A DNA stretch of 64,000 bases from Candidatus Uhrbacteria bacterium (GTDB taxonomy: Bacteria; Patescibacteriota; Patescibacteriia; JACPHY01): the NCBI GenBank assembly GCA_016188355.1, contig JACPHY010000015.1, positions 1,040 to 65,039 of the forward strand, read 5' to 3'. The number at the start of each line of letters is the position of its first letter. The stretch's first letter is position 1. Made by a program: the position numbers and the translations under genes. Below the pieces are notes generated by a model that was given only the letters and a program-made list of their open reading frames with translations, was not told the DNA's origin and searched no databases. Below, piece by piece: positions 49,086 to 58,043 of the stretch.

Positions 49086-49859
49086 TCATGGTTTTCCCGG
49101 ACGCACGATCGGCACCGCTGCGTGCCACAGGAGATCGAATGTCGTACGGAACGTCACCGCAATTTCGCCGCTCGCAATGAGGATCATTGTATTCTCCCGA
49201 CGCGTCGTGATGAATCCCACCTCTTCTCCAAAGGTAATCGTGGTCGCCGGCAAGGTGATGCCCTGCGGCAAAAAACGCGATTCCCGCAGCTCATCCGCAT
49301 CTTTCGCCACAATGCGACGCGCAGCAGGAGAATCCACAATGAGCTGCCGACTCCGAATGCCGCGACGAATCCGCTCTGCGATAATCCGCTCCACCAGATA
49401 CGCCTCGCGGACGAATTCCGTCAGCCCCACGCCGCTCGTACAAATTTCGTATGCGGAAACCCCGGAGCGAAAAATACGCTCCCACAGCTGGCGGAATCCA
49501 TCACTCCCCTCGTAAAGCGTCACCCCCGCGCCAGGGCGAACGCTCGCACGGATAGCCTCCAATTCCGGCAATATCTCCGTGAATGCCTGGGAACGTGTCT
49601 GGAGCCGTGCGGCAAGTGCTGCGGGCGATTCCGCCGTGTACACACTCCCGCGGTGACGTTTACCCAAACGAACATATCCCTCTCGTCGGAGGGACTCGAG
49701 CATGGGATACAGCGTCGTCCGCGGTAAACGAGTCCGCCGCGCAAGCTCCAAAACCGTGGTAGATCCCAACTCCAAACACGCAAGGTACACCTGCGCGTGC
49801 TTTGCATCGAACCCGAAGACGCGGAGCGCATCCACGAGATGTGCGGTGATCATGCGCAT
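49086..49859 (-). CDS. TrmB-family transcriptional regulator
   Basis: N-terminal winged HTH LRVFGFDAKHAQVYLACLELGSTTVLELARRTRLPRTTLYPMLESLRREGYV matches the TrmB HTH pattern. Confidence 0.7.
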   Translation of the reverse strand: MRMITAHLVDALRVFGFDAKHAQVYLACLELGSTTVLELARRTRLPRTTLYPMLESLRREGYVRLGKRHRGSVYTAESPAALAARLQTRSQAFTEILPELEAIRASVRPGAGVTLYEGSDGFRQLWERIFRSGVSAYEICTSGVGLTEFVREAYLVERIIAERIRRGIRSRQLIVDSPAARRIVAKDADELRESRFLPQGITLPATTITFGEEVGFITTRRENTMILIASGEIAVTFRTTFDLLWHAAVPIVRPGKP

Positions 49860-49951
49860 ACAGTATGGAATGCACCATCATACCCGGACAGCAGATACGT
49901 TGTCGATTTTTTCGACAGATACGGATCGCGCGATCCGCACGCACGACCTCT

Positions 49952-49983
49952 AAAAAAAACGACCGGTCCCAAAGGGACCGGCC
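49952..49983 (-). terminator. rho-independent terminator (minus strand)
   Basis: On the minus strand: ggccggtccc-ttt-gggaccggtc followed by tttttttt, 5 nt downstream of the stop of the 49988..50527 gene. Confidence 0.8.
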
Positions 49984-49987
49984 ATCA

Positions 49988-50527
49988 TTACTCCGCACGC
50001 GCGGCAGCATGCGCGCGCCACCAAGAAAGGCGGACCACGAGACATGGGTCACGCTCACCCCAATCCGCAATCGCACACTGCACGCGCCCGCTCCTCCCGA
50101 TGAGTTGATCCAGCTCCCGAATCAACGCGCAGCCGCGCGGATAGTAGCAATACCGAAGAAAGAGCATGGTGATTACACTGTACGCGAGCAACGTCACGGA
50201 AATCGCAAAGAGCACACGGAGCGATTCCAGCGAAAGGAACGGCCCCACGATCACACACACGCACACGGCGAACGGCATGCCGAGGAATCCAAGGAGAAAC
50301 GGCGCATCACCGCACCATCGCAGGGAACGAAGGAGCGCTTGTGCTCGGATCATCGCCAACTCGCGTTCCCGCACTCGCTCTGCCGCGATCACGCCGCGCA
50401 CCAGCATCGTGCGCTGCTGCGTACGGGGTAACACATCCACCATGTCGCACCTCCATGACCAAAAGAACAACCCACGAGCAACGGCTCGGGGAAGTTGATA
50501 TCGTACACCACGCAAAAACGGAGTCAA
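49988..50527 (-). CDS. hypothetical membrane protein
   Basis: Two hydrophobic helices FLLGFLGMPFAVCVCVIVGPFL and VLFAISVTLLAYSVITMLFL. Confidence 0.4.
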   Translation of the reverse strand: MTPFLRGVRYQLPRAVARGLFFWSWRCDMVDVLPRTQQRTMLVRGVIAAERVRERELAMIRAQALLRSLRWCGDAPFLLGFLGMPFAVCVCVIVGPFLSLESLRVLFAISVTLLAYSVITMLFLRYCYYPRGCALIRELDQLIGRSGRVQCAIADWGERDPCLVVRLSWWRAHAAARAE

Positions 50528-50590
50528 GGAAAGCCGATCGCCTCCCTTAAACCACGAACAACGTCCGCCCCCGAAGGAGCGGACGCAACC

Positions 50591-51448
50591 TCACGCGTCA
50601 ACCAGAAGCACGACGACGCCCGCCGCCACCGCAACCATTGCGGTAACGTATGCGGTAACGTAGGGACGCACGCGCTCCCACATCGGATGCGCGGTCTGCA
50701 CGGATACTCCACTGCTCCGCGCAGGGACGCGACGTTCGCGCATGCTTTCTGCGTGCTCCGGCGCGCATTCCATCGTCTCACTGCTCGGATAATACGGAAT
50801 CCCCGCTGCATCCTCATGCCGAATGGCATGCATATATCGTGCCAGCCGAGCGATCGGCTCTCGCTGCGGGTCCAGCAGGATGAGCAGGGCGGGATCCCCC
50901 CAACCATCAATGGCCACCACCGCGGCATCACGGATGCGCACGTCACCATGACGAAGCGCCGCACGCATAATCGCTACTCCCCAGTCACCAACGACCGCCA
51001 ACCCGCAGCGGCCCACGCAGCGCACGAGCCCTGCCGCAAGTATCGCATTCCGCTCCGCGTATTCCGCGTACAGCGCCTCCAACCATCCCGGCACCCGTAA
51101 CGGCTGGGCACGGAGTACGGATGCAAAATACGTTTCTGCGGGGTGCGGCACGCCATCCTCAACCATCGTCGCGGACAGCAACTGATACGCCTGCGCGCGG
51201 AATGCCGCGAAACCACCGTACGCCGAATCGACAACCGAATCTGGAGCCGTCTCCAGAATCATCTCCTCATCAACGACCACCTCTAGTGCGGCCGCAACAG
51301 GGGAAGACACGACACACACCTCCATGGGGCATCCGCTATCGGGCGGCCCACTATTCTGCAGGAATGAACCAATTTCGGATACTGGAGGCAGGGTAGCAGT
51401 CAGCACCGGAAAAGACAAGCGCCCGACCCCGAAGGGGCGGGCGCTCAC
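50591..51448 (-). CDS. hypothetical protein with HEAT-like repeats and C-terminal TM anchor
   Basis: LVRCVGRCGLAVVGDWGVAIMRAALRHGDVRIRDAAVVAIDGWGDPALLILL resembles PBS-lyase/HEAT-like repeats. C-terminal TM VTAYVTAMVAVAAGVVVLLV. A hairpin cgtccgcccc-cgaa-ggagcggacg lies just downstream at 50556-50583. Confidence 0.4.
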   Translation of the reverse strand: MSARPFGVGRLSFPVLTATLPPVSEIGSFLQNSGPPDSGCPMEVCVVSSPVAAALEVVVDEEMILETAPDSVVDSAYGGFAAFRAQAYQLLSATMVEDGVPHPAETYFASVLRAQPLRVPGWLEALYAEYAERNAILAAGLVRCVGRCGLAVVGDWGVAIMRAALRHGDVRIRDAAVVAIDGWGDPALLILLDPQREPIARLARYMHAIRHEDAAGIPYYPSSETMECAPEHAESMRERRVPARSSGVSVQTAHPMWERVRPYVTAYVTAMVAVAAGVVVLLVDA

Positions 51449-51462
51449 CGATCGGACGATCG

Positions 51463-51843
51463 CTACCGTAGCTGGACGCGGAGGGCGAGGTCAATGAGGA
51501 ACTGAACCTGTCCCCCAACGGCGCGCATGGCCCTCTCCGCAACCTCACGCCAGCACATCGCCCGGAACTGATCCCCTCCCGCCTCGGAGCTCCCGAGGTA
51601 TTGCGTCATCCATTGCAGGTCCGGAATCTTCCTGATGTACTCGCGCAGACGCCGCTGCGCATCCTCGAAGCTCTCCCCCCCCTCCATCCGCATATACTCG
51701 AAGTACGTCCCCGGCTTCGCGGTCATGGACGTTGACGGCTGCGACGCGATGCACACGCTGCGCACGAACGGTACCGGCACGTCGGTCGCAAGCTCGATCA
51801 TGAGGTACGCGGTATCCCGATTCACTGCCTGTGGCTTGGCCAT
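51463..51843 (-). CDS. hypothetical protein (127 aa)
   Basis: MAKPQAVNRDTAYLMIELATDVPVPFVRSV... The ORF-track start (52116) is rejected because it overlaps the divergent gene at 51992. A hairpin agcgcccg-accccgaagggg-cgggcgct lies downstream at 51412-51440. Confidence 0.4.
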   Translation of the reverse strand: MAKPQAVNRDTAYLMIELATDVPVPFVRSVCIASQPSTSMTAKPGTYFEYMRMEGGESFEDAQRRLREYIRKIPDLQWMTQYLGSSEAGGDQFRAMCWREVAERAMRAVGGQVQFLIDLALRVQLR

Positions 51844-51991
51844 TGTTCGCCTCTCCCTTGCTGCCCGGTCATTGCGGGCGAAAAGAAACACCAGATAATC
51901 TGAATGACTTGGCACAATACCAAAATCCAAATAATCTGTCAACCCTGGCCGCCATTCGGCCAGTGCGTGCGGAAGGAGTACAATATCATCT

Positions 51992-52435
51992 ATGCATCGA
52001 ATGCGTGTGTGTGCTCGGGTATGCGTGCTGGTGTTCTTGGGCATCCTCATCGCTGCCCCGAGCATTGCCGCGACCAAAAAGAAAATCACGAAACCAGCTC
52101 CTCGCACCTCCATCAAAGCAGCAAAACAACCAGCACGTTTCGGACCATTTACGTCAGAACGACAGGTACTGGCGATCTATCAAAAGGTCTCCTTTGCCAG
52201 CCTAGCTCCAAACGCGCAAAAATTACTCTGTAAGGAAATCACTCGCGGACATCCGAAGTCCTACACCATCGCGCGACCCACGCCCAAGCAAGCAGCGAAA
52301 TTGAGTGAGCTCTACGGCGGATGCCAAGCCCTCGCCCGCCTTGAGTACCTCAAAACACTCGCCCCCACACCGGACAACGCCGCCATCGGGAGCATCGAAT
52401 CATCCATACCCGCCCCTCCTCCGGCAGTGCCATAG
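51992..52435 (+). CDS. small secreted Lys/Pro/Ala-rich protein
   Basis: Signal peptide MHRMRVCARVCVLVFLGILIAAPSIAA followed by a basic, Lys-rich region. Confidence 0.5.
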   Translation: MHRMRVCARVCVLVFLGILIAAPSIAATKKKITKPAPRTSIKAAKQPARFGPFTSERQVLAIYQKVSFASLAPNAQKLLCKEITRGHPKSYTIARPTPKQAAKLSELYGGCQALARLEYLKTLAPTPDNAAIGSIESSIPAPPPAVP

Positions 52436-52477
52436 CGATGCTCCCATATCTGCGCTAGCCCGGATATCGACGACAAT

Positions 52478-52521
52478 ACACAGAGCAGCTCCGCCTCTCC
52501 CGAGGCGGAGCTGCTCTGTGT
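52478..52521 (+). terminator. very stable hairpin (19-bp perfect stem) downstream of the 51992 gene
   Basis: cacagagcagctccgcctc-tcccga-gaggcggagctgctctgtg. No following U-run, so this may be a terminator or an RNA stability element. Confidence 0.5.
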
Positions 52522-52738
52522 AAACGAAAACCCCGCGCACCATGGCTTGGCCATAGGGGCACGGGGCTCCATACCGTAACGATCACATCTTGATCTTGCC
52601 GCGCGGCCGTCGGGGAGCATCACGCGCATTGCTGATTGTGCGGCCAATGCCGTAGCACGTAGCCACGAAAATAACCGCGAACGCGATGCCGGCAGAATTC
52701 GAAACAAAATGCCGAATGAGCTCGATCATGACCTCTCC

Positions 52739-53059
52739 TCAGCCCATGAGATCCAACACGTGACGACGATGGATGCGCCTGCCGTATGCTGCACGTGCCA
52801 ATTGGTACTCCACATTTCCATGAAGGCCCGCCAGATCAAGCGCCGCACGAATGTCGCTGCACGTGGGATCCGATTTCCCGCTCTGCTTGCGCGCGATCAT
52901 GCGCATGATCTCCACCACTTCCTGCAGCGCATGCGCCGCCCGATCTGCAGCGAAAGTACTTTCCGCAAGAATCTCCAGATCCGCTTCCGTGCATCCCCGC
53001 GCGAGCAGTGCCGCCGCAAGCTTCGTGCCAAGTTGATCCATCAGATACTCCTTCCGCGT
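52739..53059 (-). CDS. hypothetical small helical protein
   Basis: MDQLGTKLAAALLARGCTEADLEILAESTFAADRAAHALQEVVEIMRMIARKQ...; alternative to an overlapping plus-strand ORF, so weak. Confidence 0.3.
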   Translation of the reverse strand, partial: TRKEYLMDQLGTKLAAALLARGCTEADLEILAESTFAADRAAHALQEVVEIMRMIARKQSGKSDPTCSDIRAALDLAGLHGNVEYQLARAAYGRRIHRRHVLDLMG

Positions 53060-53219
53060 TGGCGCGCTATTTGTATACCATAAACCACCGCTCGCGTCAA
53101 CGTTCCCCCCCAAAAAAAACAAAACATCGTCGGGCGACGAGTTTTGCTTGCAAACAAGATATTTGTTGATCCTCGCACCACCAATCCGTTCGCGGATCCA
53201 TCCGATCCCGAGCGCAGCC

Positions 53220-53527
53220 CCCACTTCGCGCCCCACGCCGTCAAACTCTACGGGGCAAGCAACGCTTCGCGGGGCAAGCGAGGACGCGTTCGGGGAAGAA
53301 GACAGGCCGACCCTTGTGTCGTCTCGAGGAGCGCTGGGCGACGAGAGATCTCACATGCCCCATGTATGGTGTGAGGTCCCTCGCGGACTCGGGATGGTGC
53401 CAAGCACCAGCTTCACGCCGACCCCGAATGCGCCCGCAGGCAAGCGACCGAATGCTTCTGCGTCGTCTGATTGGAGGAGGGAAACCGGCTTGCCCCGCGA
53501 AGCTCCGCTCAGGAGCGGAGTGGGGGA
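53220..53527 (-). ncRNA. conserved structured tRNA-trailer element, copy 2 (longer, with a ~200-nt insertion between the conserved blocks)
   Basis: Reverse complement of 53467-53525 is aacctcccccactccgctcctgagcggagcttcgcggggcaagccggtttccctcc (1 mismatch to copy 1). Distal block cttgccccgcgaagcg...gcgcgaagtgggggctgcgctcgggatcgga is conserved; a 15-bp pairing gcttcgcggggcaag / cttgccccgcgaagc is possible. Confidence 0.5.
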
Positions 53528-53546
53528 GGTTTGCCCATGATGTCTC

Positions 53547-53621
53547 TGCGCCCAGCAGGATTTGAACCTGCGGCCTTGTGCTCCGGAGGCACACGCTCTA
53601 TCCAGGCTGAGCTATGGGCGC
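53547..53621 (-). tRNA. tRNA-Arg (anticodon CCG)
   Basis: Minus-strand sequence GCGCCCATAGCTCAGCCTGGATAGAGCGTGTGCCTCCGGAGCACAAGGCCGCAGGTTCAAATCCTGCTGGGCGCA. Acceptor GCGCCCA/TGGGCGC, anticodon stem TGTGC/GCACA with loop CTCCGGA, T-arm GCAGG-TTCAAAT-CCTGC. Confidence 0.85.
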
Positions 53622-53931
53622 GAAAAGTGAGCGCCGTGCGCGCGAAGCGCGCAACGACTACGGCGCGGACTCGGCAGCCGAGCCATCCTGCTCGGATGAC
53701 GGGTCCGTGACGGAGTCGTGAACGGGCGATCGCCTGCACATGGTTTCGAGCGAGGAGCGCACACACCGAGTCTGCGAGGTGGGGGCGCGATCTGGCTCCA
53801 GTAACCCGCACATCACACCACCAGACACATGCGGGCGGCCATCCTCGAGCGAGGCACGCACACACCGAGTCTGCGAGTGGGGGGGGCGCGCTACTCGGAG
53901 CGTAGCGAAACGCTCCGCGCGCGGCAACACC

Positions 53932-54726
53932 CTATTGCATACCCAAAAGGAACAAGACGAGTACACCAAGCGCGATGCGGTACCAGCCGAACGGTGCCAG
54001 CGACCGTGTCCGCACGTAGCGAAGGAATACCGCCAACACCCCCCACGCGACGACAAACGCCACCACAAACCCAAGAGACAGGAGACCGATCATGCGCACA
54101 TCGAACGGCACCGAGGTCTTCAGGAGCGCATACCCTGATGCAGCAGCAAGCGTCGGGACTGCGAGAAAAAACGAGTACTTCGCCGCAAGCTCCCGCGAGC
54201 ATCCGAGGAGCATCGCTCCGATGATCGTCGCTGCCGATCGCGAAACGCCGGGCATGAATGCGAGACACTGGATACTCCCAATGCCGATGACCGTCCGGAG
54301 CGGGAGCTCTTCGAGCACCTGCCAACGCGGTTTCCACGTTCGCCGCTCGATCGCGAGGAGCACGACCCCGCCGACCGCGAGCGCGATCGCGACCACGATC
54401 GGACGGAAGAACATCCGCTCCAGTGACTCCGCGAAAAGTGCGCCGACCGCGAGCGCCGGGAGCACCCCAACACCGATACGCCACCAACGCCGCGGAAGGA
54501 CGTGCGGAGATGCGGCCTCCCCCACGACGAGCTCGCGACGGAAGACGATGAGCACCGCCGCGATCGCGCCAAACTGAATCACGATATCAAAAAGCGCGGT
54601 GAGGCGCGCACCGGAAAACGCGAACCACTGATTCGCGAGGATGAGGTGTCCCGTGGAGGAAATCGGAAGGAACTCCGTCACTCCCTCCACAATACCCAAG
54701 ACGATCGCGGCGATGATATCGCTCAT
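53932..54726 (-). CDS. uppP: undecaprenyl-diphosphate phosphatase (UppP/BacA)
   Basis: MSDIIAAIVLGIVEGVTEFLPISSTGHLIL...; multi-TM; the C-terminal region also matches UppP. The ORF-track N-terminal extension (to 55326) overlaps the next gene and is rejected. Confidence 0.9.
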   Translation of the reverse strand: MSDIIAAIVLGIVEGVTEFLPISSTGHLILANQWFAFSGARLTALFDIVIQFGAIAAVLIVFRRELVVGEAASPHVLPRRWWRIGVGVLPALAVGALFAESLERMFFRPIVVAIALAVGGVVLLAIERRTWKPRWQVLEELPLRTVIGIGSIQCLAFMPGVSRSAATIIGAMLLGCSRELAAKYSFFLAVPTLAAASGYALLKTSVPFDVRMIGLLSLGFVVAFVVAWGVLAVFLRYVRTRSLAPFGWYRIALGVLVLFLLGMQ

Positions 54727-54809
54727 AGAAATGCAGTGCGCGACGGCCCGTGAGCCGTCGCGCCATTGATTGCATGCTATCGCATCATCGCACCGCGCGC
54801 ACCCCCGCA

Positions 54810-55457
54810 TCACCCCTGCAGGTGATACACCTGATCGCGATAGAGGAGCTGGTGACGTTCGTTGGCTTCTTGCCAGGTACTCGGAAATCGAGGCGACTCC
54901 TGGAGTACCTCGCGCACGGCGCAACACATCTGGCGTGCGCAGGTGTCGAGCGGCACTCGACCGATTCCCGTCCCCATACCCGGGAACGCGATGCGCTGCA
55001 CCCGATGCGCGATCGGCGTTCCATCCGGAAATGTCCCGTATCGCACGAGGAGCAACGCTGCGCGCGTCGCGAGGTATGGATGCACGGTTTCCGGACCGAG
55101 GATCATGGGCACCCGCATGGTCGGTGCGGCAATGCAGTACGGGGTGCGCGGATGATCGGTCGGCACGATTGCGGCAGCACCCACGAGCAGCTCCCCGTAA
55201 TGCTGCGTACGAATGGATTCCTGGAGCCGCTCCTGGACCTGCGGCCCGAAGTGCGCGGTGTACGCGCGATCGATGCCGCCGTCCATGAATCCAAAACTGT
55301 TCGCCGGACTCACGACCGCGTCCCAATCACCCATGAGTATGGTCCCATGCACCACCTCAACAGATGCCGGAAGTGCCGCGCACTGTTGTCGCCATGCCGC
55401 ACAGAGCGGTCCCTGAAAATCAACGAACGCAACCGTGCAAGGTACGGACGTGCTCAT
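54810..55457 (-). CDS. macro domain (ADP-ribose / Appr-1-p binding) protein
   Basis: DAVVSPANSFGFMDGGIDRAYTAHFG resembles the macro-domain core (D-x-[IV]-V-N-A-A-N...G-G-G-[IV]-D). Confidence 0.55.
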   Translation of the reverse strand: MSTSVPCTVAFVDFQGPLCAAWRQQCAALPASVEVVHGTILMGDWDAVVSPANSFGFMDGGIDRAYTAHFGPQVQERLQESIRTQHYGELLVGAAAIVPTDHPRTPYCIAAPTMRVPMILGPETVHPYLATRAALLLVRYGTFPDGTPIAHRVQRIAFPGMGTGIGRVPLDTCARQMCCAVREVLQESPRFPSTWQEANERHQLLYRDQVYHLQG

Positions 55458-55503
55458 GTGTCATCAACCTCCTGTCCTGTCATACCGCATACGAGCGCAT
55501 CCA

Positions 55504-56475
55504 TCAAGGGCGCAGGCGCGCCAGGAGTGCGAACCCTTGATACCAAAACGGACGCAGGACGAGATCCAATGTGGGGGGATGATGCATCGCCTCGCCTCCG
55601 AATCGTTTTTTAAATTCCGTAATCCCCGCCCAGGACGCAAAATCATGGGATGCAGCATCCGACTCTGGCGCGATGCCACCAAAATCGTACCAGCGCATCC
55701 CCACGGCCTTCGCGTCGCGCATTGCGGTCCAGTGGAGCAGCTGCGGCGCCACCAGTGCGCGGTGTGCGTATGCGGATCCCCCGTGGAGATACGTGGCCGT
55801 TTCCCCACAATACGCAACCAGGATAGCCGCAATGGGCACACCCGCATGCTCCGCGATGTACAATCGCACATCCGTATCATGCGCATCGGATGCCCTGGGA
55901 CGCTGGAGCGCACGGATCATGGCATCGTAGTACGGACGCGGATGCGTGTGAATCTGTTGCCGCTGCGCCGTATCTTGCAGGAGTGACCAGAAGACATCCA
56001 TGTCGGCCGGTGTCCCGTGCGCCGTTCGCACGGCGACTCCTTTGCGTTGCGCGAGGCGCACATTGTATCGACACTTCTCATGCATGGCAGCGAGGAGCGT
56101 ATCTTCGCTGGGTAGCAAATCCACCCGCCACGTCCACTCCGGTTCGCGCAAGCGCCGCAGGATGCGCGGCGCCGTCAGCGCCGTACCCGTAGGTGCCACC
56201 GTAAAGGGCCACTCCAATCGCCACGAAACCGCCTGCACCCGTTCCGCTTGCGCGCGCACCTGCTCGACGAGCGCGAGGAACTGATCGACCCGCGCGACGT
56301 GCGAATTGATCTCCGCGAAAGTACGCGGAGAAGACACGTAGCACCTCCGCAGTGGCAGGGGCGCTTGAATGAGCAGGATACCATCGACACGAACGGTCGT
56401 TCGTCCCACTGCATGTTGAAATTGTTCCCATCCGCTGGATTGGAGAAGTTTGTGATGTGCAGCATTGCTCGTCAT
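55504..56475 (-). CDS. FemAB-family aminoacyl-tRNA-dependent peptidoglycan transferase
   Basis: MTSNAAHHKLLQSSGWEQFQ...MHEKCRYNVRLAQRKGVAVR...LYIAEHAGVPIAAILVAYCGETATYLHGGSAYAHRALVAPQLLHWTAMRDAKAVGMRWYDFGGI, typical of FemX/FemAB. Start set at the ATG at 56475; the longer ORF-track start is rejected. Confidence 0.8.
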   Translation of the reverse strand: MTSNAAHHKLLQSSGWEQFQHAVGRTTVRVDGILLIQAPLPLRRCYVSSPRTFAEINSHVARVDQFLALVEQVRAQAERVQAVSWRLEWPFTVAPTGTALTAPRILRRLREPEWTWRVDLLPSEDTLLAAMHEKCRYNVRLAQRKGVAVRTAHGTPADMDVFWSLLQDTAQRQQIHTHPRPYYDAMIRALQRPRASDAHDTDVRLYIAEHAGVPIAAILVAYCGETATYLHGGSAYAHRALVAPQLLHWTAMRDAKAVGMRWYDFGGIAPESDAASHDFASWAGITEFKKRFGGEAMHHPPTLDLVLRPFWYQGFALLARLRP

Positions 56476-56599
56476 ATCGCCACAGGAAACACGTATCGGT
56501 ACGGTCCCTTCCATCCTGCCGCACAAACGGAGAACGAGCGAACAATGAAAGCGGCCGGACTCATTGGTCCGGCCGCCCATATCGCCAGCAGCACCCGAA

Positions 56600-57934
56600 T
56601 CAGGAACTACAGGACCGCCGAACAGCAGATTTCTCCGTAAGCTTTGTGCGCGCCTGCGCATCGAACGGTATGATCCCGCTCCGACTGATGTACAAGAGCG
56701 CACTCTGTGATGGTCCACCCGCGAGCAGGAGCGTTGCGGCGCGCGACCACTGCTCCAAATGCACCGACGGCCACTGCAATACGTCGAGGAGATTTTGCTC
56801 CAGGGTACCGAAATCTGAGAACTGCGCAGGATGATCGAGTACCCAAGCGATTGCACGTTGCGCGTATCCCACCAATGCCTCTCGATATACTACCGGGGCG
56901 CGGTCCGCAAGGTGGAGAAAATGGTAGATCGGCCGTATGAGCTGCTCCATGGTCTGCCATCGTAACTCGAGCATACTCCACGCACGTCGACGCAGGTCCT
57001 CATCTCCATGCATACTCACGAGCGCATATTCCAGGATCTCCAAACTCGGTTGGCCATCGAGGACCCTCGAAACCCACGCGCAGTGCCGATGATGCTCTTC
57101 CGTGTGCCCCACCACCGATTCTCGCTGTTCCTGTGAGCCGTATGTCATGAGCATATCGATGGCGCGATCTCGATACTCGTCGAAACCGGGATCCATGAGT
57201 TGCGGGACCCCACACACGAAGTCCTGCAGCTTATGCAGCACATTGAGCGTCGGACCATCTGCAATGAGCTTCCGCCACGCCTGCTCACGGAGCTGCGGAT
57301 CGCGACAGTACCGGATCACGAGCACCGCACTCTGCGGATGTTCCACCACGACCCGCAAGGCCGCCTGCCCTTGCTGTGGTTCGGGGCCGCTACGCAACAC
57401 CACCAACCAATCATCCAAGCTCTTCCCGTGCAGCAGCACCTCCGAAATCGCGCGGCGATACCGAAGGGGCAGTCCGCGACGCTCCAGGAGATTCCGCATG
57501 ATGTCGAGCGTCCCGGATTTCTCTCGCGGCAGCTCGAGCAAGCGCTCCCACGCGCCCCACCGATACGGCTCGGGCGCATAGATCAGCATGCACCGAAGCA
57601 GACGCGGGTCGCGTTCGTTTTCCTGAATCAGCTTCCGCGCGAGACGCACCCGATTCACGCGAGGCGCGTGTATGAAGATCGTTTCATACCCACAACCCGC
57701 AGTGATCATCCGGTCCGCCGCCTTGCGCCGGTACTCGGCCGTCGCAGAGTACAGAATACCCCGGAAGTGCTCTGGGGTATCCGCCTTGAGGAGCTTTCGC
57801 CACGCCCGTGCCTTATACGGCTCTGGCGCTCGATAGAGGATGCGGCGCAGGGTGGTGAGCGGTACCTGCTTGCGCGCAAGCAGCCGTTCTGCCGTTGCCG
57901 CATCCATGGGACGCGCACGTTGTCCGAATGCCAT
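56600..57934 (-). CDS. hypothetical alpha-helical repeat protein
   Basis: Recurrent ~30-aa helical units: RILYRAPEPYKARAWRKLL, LIYAPEPYRWGAWERLLEL, VLRSGPEPQQGQAALRVVVEHP, IRYCRDPQLREQAWRKLI. Confidence 0.45.
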   Translation of the reverse strand: MAFGQRARPMDAATAERLLARKQVPLTTLRRILYRAPEPYKARAWRKLLKADTPEHFRGILYSATAEYRRKAADRMITAGCGYETIFIHAPRVNRVRLARKLIQENERDPRLLRCMLIYAPEPYRWGAWERLLELPREKSGTLDIMRNLLERRGLPLRYRRAISEVLLHGKSLDDWLVVLRSGPEPQQGQAALRVVVEHPQSAVLVIRYCRDPQLREQAWRKLIADGPTLNVLHKLQDFVCGVPQLMDPGFDEYRDRAIDMLMTYGSQEQRESVVGHTEEHHRHCAWVSRVLDGQPSLEILEYALVSMHGDEDLRRRAWSMLELRWQTMEQLIRPIYHFLHLADRAPVVYREALVGYAQRAIAWVLDHPAQFSDFGTLEQNLLDVLQWPSVHLEQWSRAATLLLAGGPSQSALLYISRSGIIPFDAQARTKLTEKSAVRRSCSS

Positions 57935-58043
57935 CGTTCACTCCTTTCCGTGTTGTAAATGCCGCTGCTCCTGCTATAGCACAAGGCACCGATACTGTCC
58001 AACGCGGCTTCCCGTGCGCCACGTACTCCTCGCGCTCAGTCCG

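Noticed and set aside
53100-53470. Search for tmRNA, SRP (4.5S) RNA or 6S RNA in the large non-coding gaps (53100-53470, 53622-53931, 61594-61855, 18662-18825)
   Set aside because: No tRNA-like 3-prime end with tag-peptide reading frame, and no GGAAG...AGCAGC SRP domain-IV motif was found. The 53100-53470 gap is instead explained as the variable insertion of trailer-element copy 2. 6S cannot be excluded by eye.
8444-53621. Idea that the 45-kb segment bounded by the two tRNA genes and their inverted trailer repeats is a genomic island / integrated element
   Set aside because: The interval contains core single-copy genes (rnj, trpS, rarA, rnpB, cdd) and no integrase, transposase or phage genes. 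The repeats are therefore better explained as tRNA-associated RNA elements, though they could still mediate inversion.
54727-55326. 200-codon N-terminal extension of the uppP ORF (53932..55326)
   Set aside because: Arg/Gly/Ala-rich with no UppP homology, and overlaps the macro-domain gene on the same strand. UppP homology starts exactly at MSDIIAAIVLGIVEG (ATG at 54726).
55504-56856. Full 450-aa ORF as the FemAB protein
   Set aside because: The first 127 codons are Ser/Arg/Cys-rich without FemAB homology. FemAB N-terminal domain begins at MTSNAAHHKLLQSSGWEQF (ATG at 56475).
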